A DNA stretch of 48,463 nt from a virus. Lineage: Duplodnaviria > Caudoviricetes. The stretch covers positions 1 through 48,463 of IMG/VR virus record IMGVR_UViG_3300018890_000017; one strand, given 5' to 3'. The notes below the pieces were generated by a model. It worked only from the letters and a program-made list of their open reading frames with translations, had not been told where the DNA came from and did not search any database. Shown here one piece after another: positions 44,994-48,463 of this stretch (its first letter is position 1; every line of letters starts with the position of its first letter). The position numbers were made by a program, and so were the translations under genes.

Positions 44994-45470
44994 GTGCTGA
45001 CCGCGACATTCGCTCCGATCGTGCTCGCGTCGTCGGAAGTGTGGACCGTCGCCGGGATCCTCCTGGGCAGCGGCAGCATCCTCGTCCACGTGCTCCAGCA
45101 CGTCGACAAGCGGAGCGAGCGCCAGCAGAAGCAGGCCGCCGAACAGCGGACGCTCGACGCGCAGGAGAAGGCGCGGCGGGCCGAGCGGGAGGCGGGGGAA
45201 GTGGACCGACTCTGGGAGTTGTACCGGGCCCAGGAGAAGGAGATCGGCGCCTTGACCGCCGACGTCCGCAACCTGCGCGACGCGTTCGACCAGGCCAAAG
45301 CCGTGGCGTGGAGCTGGGAGCAGAAGGCCCGGGAGCTGTACGCGGAGAACAAGGTGCTCCGGCAGGAACGCGGCATGGAGCCGCGGCCGCCGCTGGCCCC
45401 GACGCCGCCGCTCCCCTCGCCCGTCCCCCCGGCCGACGCCCTGGCCACAGCCCAGAAGCCCCAACGATGA
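44994..45470 (+). CDS. TM + coiled-coil protein (holin/i-spanin-like)
   Basis: N-terminal TM helix followed by a long heptad coiled coil. Confidence 0.55.
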   Translation: MLTATFAPIVLASSEVWTVAGILLGSGSILVHVLQHVDKRSERQQKQAAEQRTLDAQEKARRAEREAGEVDRLWELYRAQEKEIGALTADVRNLRDAFDQAKAVAWSWEQKARELYAENKVLRQERGMEPRPPLAPTPPLPSPVPPADALATAQKPQR

Positions 45471-48463
45471 TGCGCTACCTCGCCACCATCCTGCTGATCG
45501 TCTGCTCGCTCGCCTCGGCCTGCGACGCCAAGCGGAAGACGCCCAAGCCCGCACCGACGCCGCCTCCAGCGGCGACCCAGCCGGCGCCGGCCCCGCTGCC
45601 CGCCGACATGCTCGGCACGCCCGGCAGCTTCAACGGGTTGGGCGACACGCTGGCCAAGGCGTTCGACGGCGACGTCAAGACGTTCTTCGACGCCCCGACG
45701 CCCGACGCGTGGCTCGGCCGTGACCTGGGCCGCCCGCGGGCGATCGCCGGGTTCCGGTTCCACCCCCGCGCCGGCCACGAAGGGCGGATGCTCGGCGGCC
45801 GGTTCGAGGTCGCCGACAACCCCGCCTTCGCCAACGCAACCATCACCGGGCGGATCGCGGTCACGCCGGAGGCCGCGCGGTGGTCGTCGCTGTCGCTGTC
45901 CATCCCGCTCACCGGCCAATACTGGCGGTACGTCGCGCCGCCCGGCGGCTACGGCAACGTCGCCGAGGTCGAGGTACTGTTCGCGCAGCCGCCCCCGGCC
46001 GTGCCGACCCCGCAGACTCAACCGGTTCCACCGCCGCCATCCACGCCACCCGTCGACCCGGTCCGCGCCGCGGCCGTCGACTTCGACGTCACGTACACGG
46101 GCCCGTGCAACGTCCGCGTCGCCGCCAAGCTCGGCGACGACCACAAGGCGTGGCGGCTCGACTGGACGTTCGACGGCACGCCGGTCACCGACGGCGGCAA
46201 GTGGGCCGGGTACGCCTGGGACGAGCCGGGCAAGCCCCGCGTCGTCACGCTGGTCGCGACCGACCCGCAGGGCGTGCGGCGGGCGACGACGACCCGCACT
46301 GTCCAGACCACGCCCGTCGCGCTGAGCGAGATCCGGCTGCCGGGCGGAGTGCCGCTGCCGGCGAGCGTCCCGGCCAACACCAGGCTCCTGCTGCCCCGCG
46401 GCCAGACGTACACGGTCGCAACCGGCAAGCCGCTGTCGCTCGGCGCCAACGCGATGGTCGGCGCGTACGGCGACGGCGCGGCCCCGCTGCTCCGCTACGG
46501 CGACCGGCTGTTCAACCTGTCCGACAACACGGTCGTCGCCGACGTCGCGATCGTCGGCCTCGACAACGGCTCGCGCGTCAACGACATCAAGGCCCGCGGC
46601 GCGTCCTTCGTCCGCGTCGAGATCCGCGGCGGCGCCGGCAGCTTCATCGAAAACACAGCGCCCTCGGCGCCCGGCCTGACGATGGTGGGCGTCGTCCAGA
46701 CGGCACCGCTCAAGCGGGGCACGGTCGGCATCCCCGGCGACGACTTCGTCGCGGTCTACTGCCAGCTCGGCCCGAGCTGGCCGGAGGCACGCCCCGACCA
46801 GGACGAGCACGAGAACGTCGCGCGGGCGTCCCGCACGACCGGGCATCCCCCCGTCGCGCGTCCGCTCATCACGGGCTGCCTCGTCAAGCAATCGACGCCC
46901 CCCAACTCCAAGGGGTGCATCGACCTCCGCGAAGCGATCGACGCGACGGTCACGAACAACGAGGCGACGGGCGGGGGGATCCGGTTCGGCCAAGGGAACG
47001 CGAACGCCGAATGCGCCAGCCGCGGGGCGCTGATCCGCGGCAACCGCTCGGCCACGAACGGCATCGGCATCAAGCAGGGCGCTCAGGACGTCGTCGTCGC
47101 GGGCAACGCGATGGCCGTCACGGTCGACGGCGCGGTCCAGGCCGACGGCAGGGCGGTGACCGCGGACGTGCTGATCGTCAGCGATCGTGACGTCCGCGTC
47201 ACCGGCAACCCCGCCGACCCCAAGCAACTCCGCAACGTCCGCGTGGCCGCGCCGAAGGTGACGGCGGTGTACGAGGTCGCGCCAAAGCAGTGGCGGACCG
47301 ACGACGTCACCACGGCCCTCCGCCCGTCGACGCCGCCGGTCGTGGTGACGCCACCGGTGCCGGCGAAGCCCGCCACGTCCGCCTACCGGCTCAAGAGCCG
47401 GATCGGGGTCAACACCAACGGCAGCTCGCTGGCGGACCTGATCAAGAGCCGCAGCGGCTTCGGTCCGATCGGCCAGCCGTGGAAGACCGACGCCGCCCTC
47501 CAGCCGAAGAAGGACGAGAACGGCTGGCCGCTCGAGGACGCCAGCATCCAGCTCGTCTGGAACCAGCACGGGTTCACCGGCGACTACGTCCTGACGTTCA
47601 CCGGCAAGGCGACCGTCGACGGGTTCTGGAACGTCGACGTGACCAACATGGCCCACGACCCGGCCACCAACCGCAGCCGCGCCAACGTCCGCCTGCGGCC
47701 GAAGCACGCGACGGCCCCCGGTGACCTGGCCGAGTCGTACCTGAACTTCCGCAACACCAGCGGCGGCGTCCGCGACGTCGTGCTGGTCCGCAAGGAGCAC
47801 GAGGGGCAGTACCTGAACCCCGACTGGGTCAAGCTCCACGCCCCGTTCGGCGTGCTGCGGTCGATGGACCTGCAACTGACGAACGTCTCGACGTGGGTCA
47901 CGTCGTGGGCCGCGCGGCCGAAGGTGTCGCAGGCGTGCTACGGCGCGACCGGCTACCCGCTGGAGGTGCTGGTCGACATCGCCAACGCGACCGGGTCCGC
48001 CCCGTACATCTGCCTGCCGATCTGGGCCGACGACGACTACTGCCGCCGGGCGTTCGAGCTCATCAAAGCGAGGCTCGACCCGCGGCTGCCGGCGTACGTC
48101 GAGAGCGGGAACGAGAACTGGAACCACGGCGTGCCCCCGGTCAAGGACTACTGGATCAGGGCTTGCACGACCAACGGCGTCTTCGACGGCAACCTCTACA
48201 ACTCCGGCCGGCTCCCCATGCTCCAGGCGAGCCGCCGGGCGGCGATCGGGCTTGAGGTCTTCAAGGATCAGCCGGGCCGGCTCCGCAACGTGCTGGGCGC
48301 GCAGGTCGCGAACCACTGGCGGGACGGCGGCGCGATCAAGTGGCTGGACGCCGAGACCAAGACGAAGCTCAGGGACCGGTTTTACGCGGTCGGGCTGGCG
48401 ATCTACGCGCCGGCCAAGACCGACCGCGCGGCGATGCTGCCGCTCGGGACGGCCGAGGAGGTC
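45467..48463 (+). CDS. Large secreted or lipoprotein glycan-active protein (discoidin-like, PKD-like, beta-helix and GH-like domains), truncated by the window end
   Basis: Open frame of >=999 codons absent from the supplied ORF track. Signal/lipobox MMRYLATILLIVCSLASAC. Motifs AFDGDVKTFFD..WLGRDLG..PRAG, LLLPRGQTY..GAYGDGAAP, DENGWP, LRSMD, PLEVLVDIAN..PYICLP..ADDDY, YVESGNENWN. Confidence 0.8.
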   Translation, partial: MMRYLATILLIVCSLASACDAKRKTPKPAPTPPPAATQPAPAPLPADMLGTPGSFNGLGDTLAKAFDGDVKTFFDAPTPDAWLGRDLGRPRAIAGFRFHPRAGHEGRMLGGRFEVADNPAFANATITGRIAVTPEAARWSSLSLSIPLTGQYWRYVAPPGGYGNVAEVEVLFAQPPPAVPTPQTQPVPPPPSTPPVDPVRAAAVDFDVTYTGPCNVRVAAKLGDDHKAWRLDWTFDGTPVTDGGKWAGYAWDEPGKPRVVTLVATDPQGVRRATTTRTVQTTPVALSEIRLPGGVPLPASVPANTRLLLPRGQTYTVATGKPLSLGANAMVGAYGDGAAPLLRYGDRLFNLSDNTVVADVAIVGLDNGSRVNDIKARGASFVRVEIRGGAGSFIENTAPSAPGLTMVGVVQTAPLKRGTVGIPGDDFVAVYCQLGPSWPEARPDQDEHENVARASRTTGHPPVARPLITGCLVKQSTPPNSKGCIDLREAIDATVTNNEATGGGIRFGQGNANAECASRGALIRGNRSATNGIGIKQGAQDVVVAGNAMAVTVDGAVQADGRAVTADVLIVSDRDVRVTGNPADPKQLRNVRVAAPKVTAVYEVAPKQWRTDDVTTALRPSTPPVVVTPPVPAKPATSAYRLKSRIGVNTNGSSLADLIKSRSGFGPIGQPWKTDAALQPKKDENGWPLEDASIQLVWNQHGFTGDYVLTFTGKATVDGFWNVDVTNMAHDPATNRSRANVRLRPKHATAPGDLAESYLNFRNTSGGVRDVVLVRKEHEGQYLNPDWVKLHAPFGVLRSMDLQLTNVSTWVTSWAARPKVSQACYGATGYPLEVLVDIANATGSAPYICLPIWADDDYCRRAFELIKARLDPRLPAYVESGNENWNHGVPPVKDYWIRACTTNGVFDGNLYNSGRLPMLQASRRAAIGLEVFKDQPGRLRNVLGAQVANHWRDGGAIKWLDAETKTKLRDRFYAVGLAIYAPAKTDRAAMLPLGTAEEV

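Noticed and set aside
41876-48316. 2146-aa minus-strand ORF, and other long antisense or alternate-frame ORFs such as 30767-34855, 5560-7794 and 19770-21647
   Set aside because: Shadow ORFs of high-GC, codon-biased + strand genes; R/G/A/V-rich with no motifs.
40448-48463. Diversity-generating retroelement TR/VR pair
   Set aside because: No reverse transcriptase and no adenine-variant ~100-bp repeat seen by eye.
1-48463. Integrase, att sites, tRNA genes, tail sheath, prohead protease and canonical endolysin
   Set aside because: None recognisable in this window; they may lie outside it or be too diverged to see.

Overview
High-GC (~72-75%, estimated by eye) segment of a tailed, siphovirus-like phage or prophage. 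Almost all genes are on the + strand. The host is inferred to be Planctomycetota (Phycisphaerae/Tepidisphaerales-like), based on recalled resemblance of the sigma factor and several cargo proteins; no database search was run. Early/middle region (1-14.3 kb): HTH replication initiator with internal iteron-like repeats, DNA MTase-ParB fusion, a protein with an RNAP alpha-CTD-like HhH domain, RusA, a FliA/WhiG-type sigma factor, a minimal PolX-like nucleotidyltransferase, an ASCH protein, small hypotheticals, a decayed IS1595-like element and a HerA/FtsK-like ATPase. Packaging and head region (15-28.8 kb): ParB-N, HNH, NUMOD1-like, TerS, TerL, portal, glycosyltransferase, MuF-like, frameshifted MTase, scaffold, decoration protein and major capsid protein. 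Neck and tail region (28.9-43.7 kb): connector-like genes, tail tube, chaperone, tape measure and tail-tip proteins. The window ends with a membrane/lysis-like cassette and a >=999-aa secreted glycan-active protein that runs off the edge. No integrase, tRNA, CRISPR array or recognisable endolysin was found. The main unexplained signal is a bipartite motif, roughly CAC(G/C)AAC-N23/24-(T/C)AnnnT, found about 9 times in front of late genes. It suggests a dedicated late regulon and also marks two candidate structured small RNAs in the head module.
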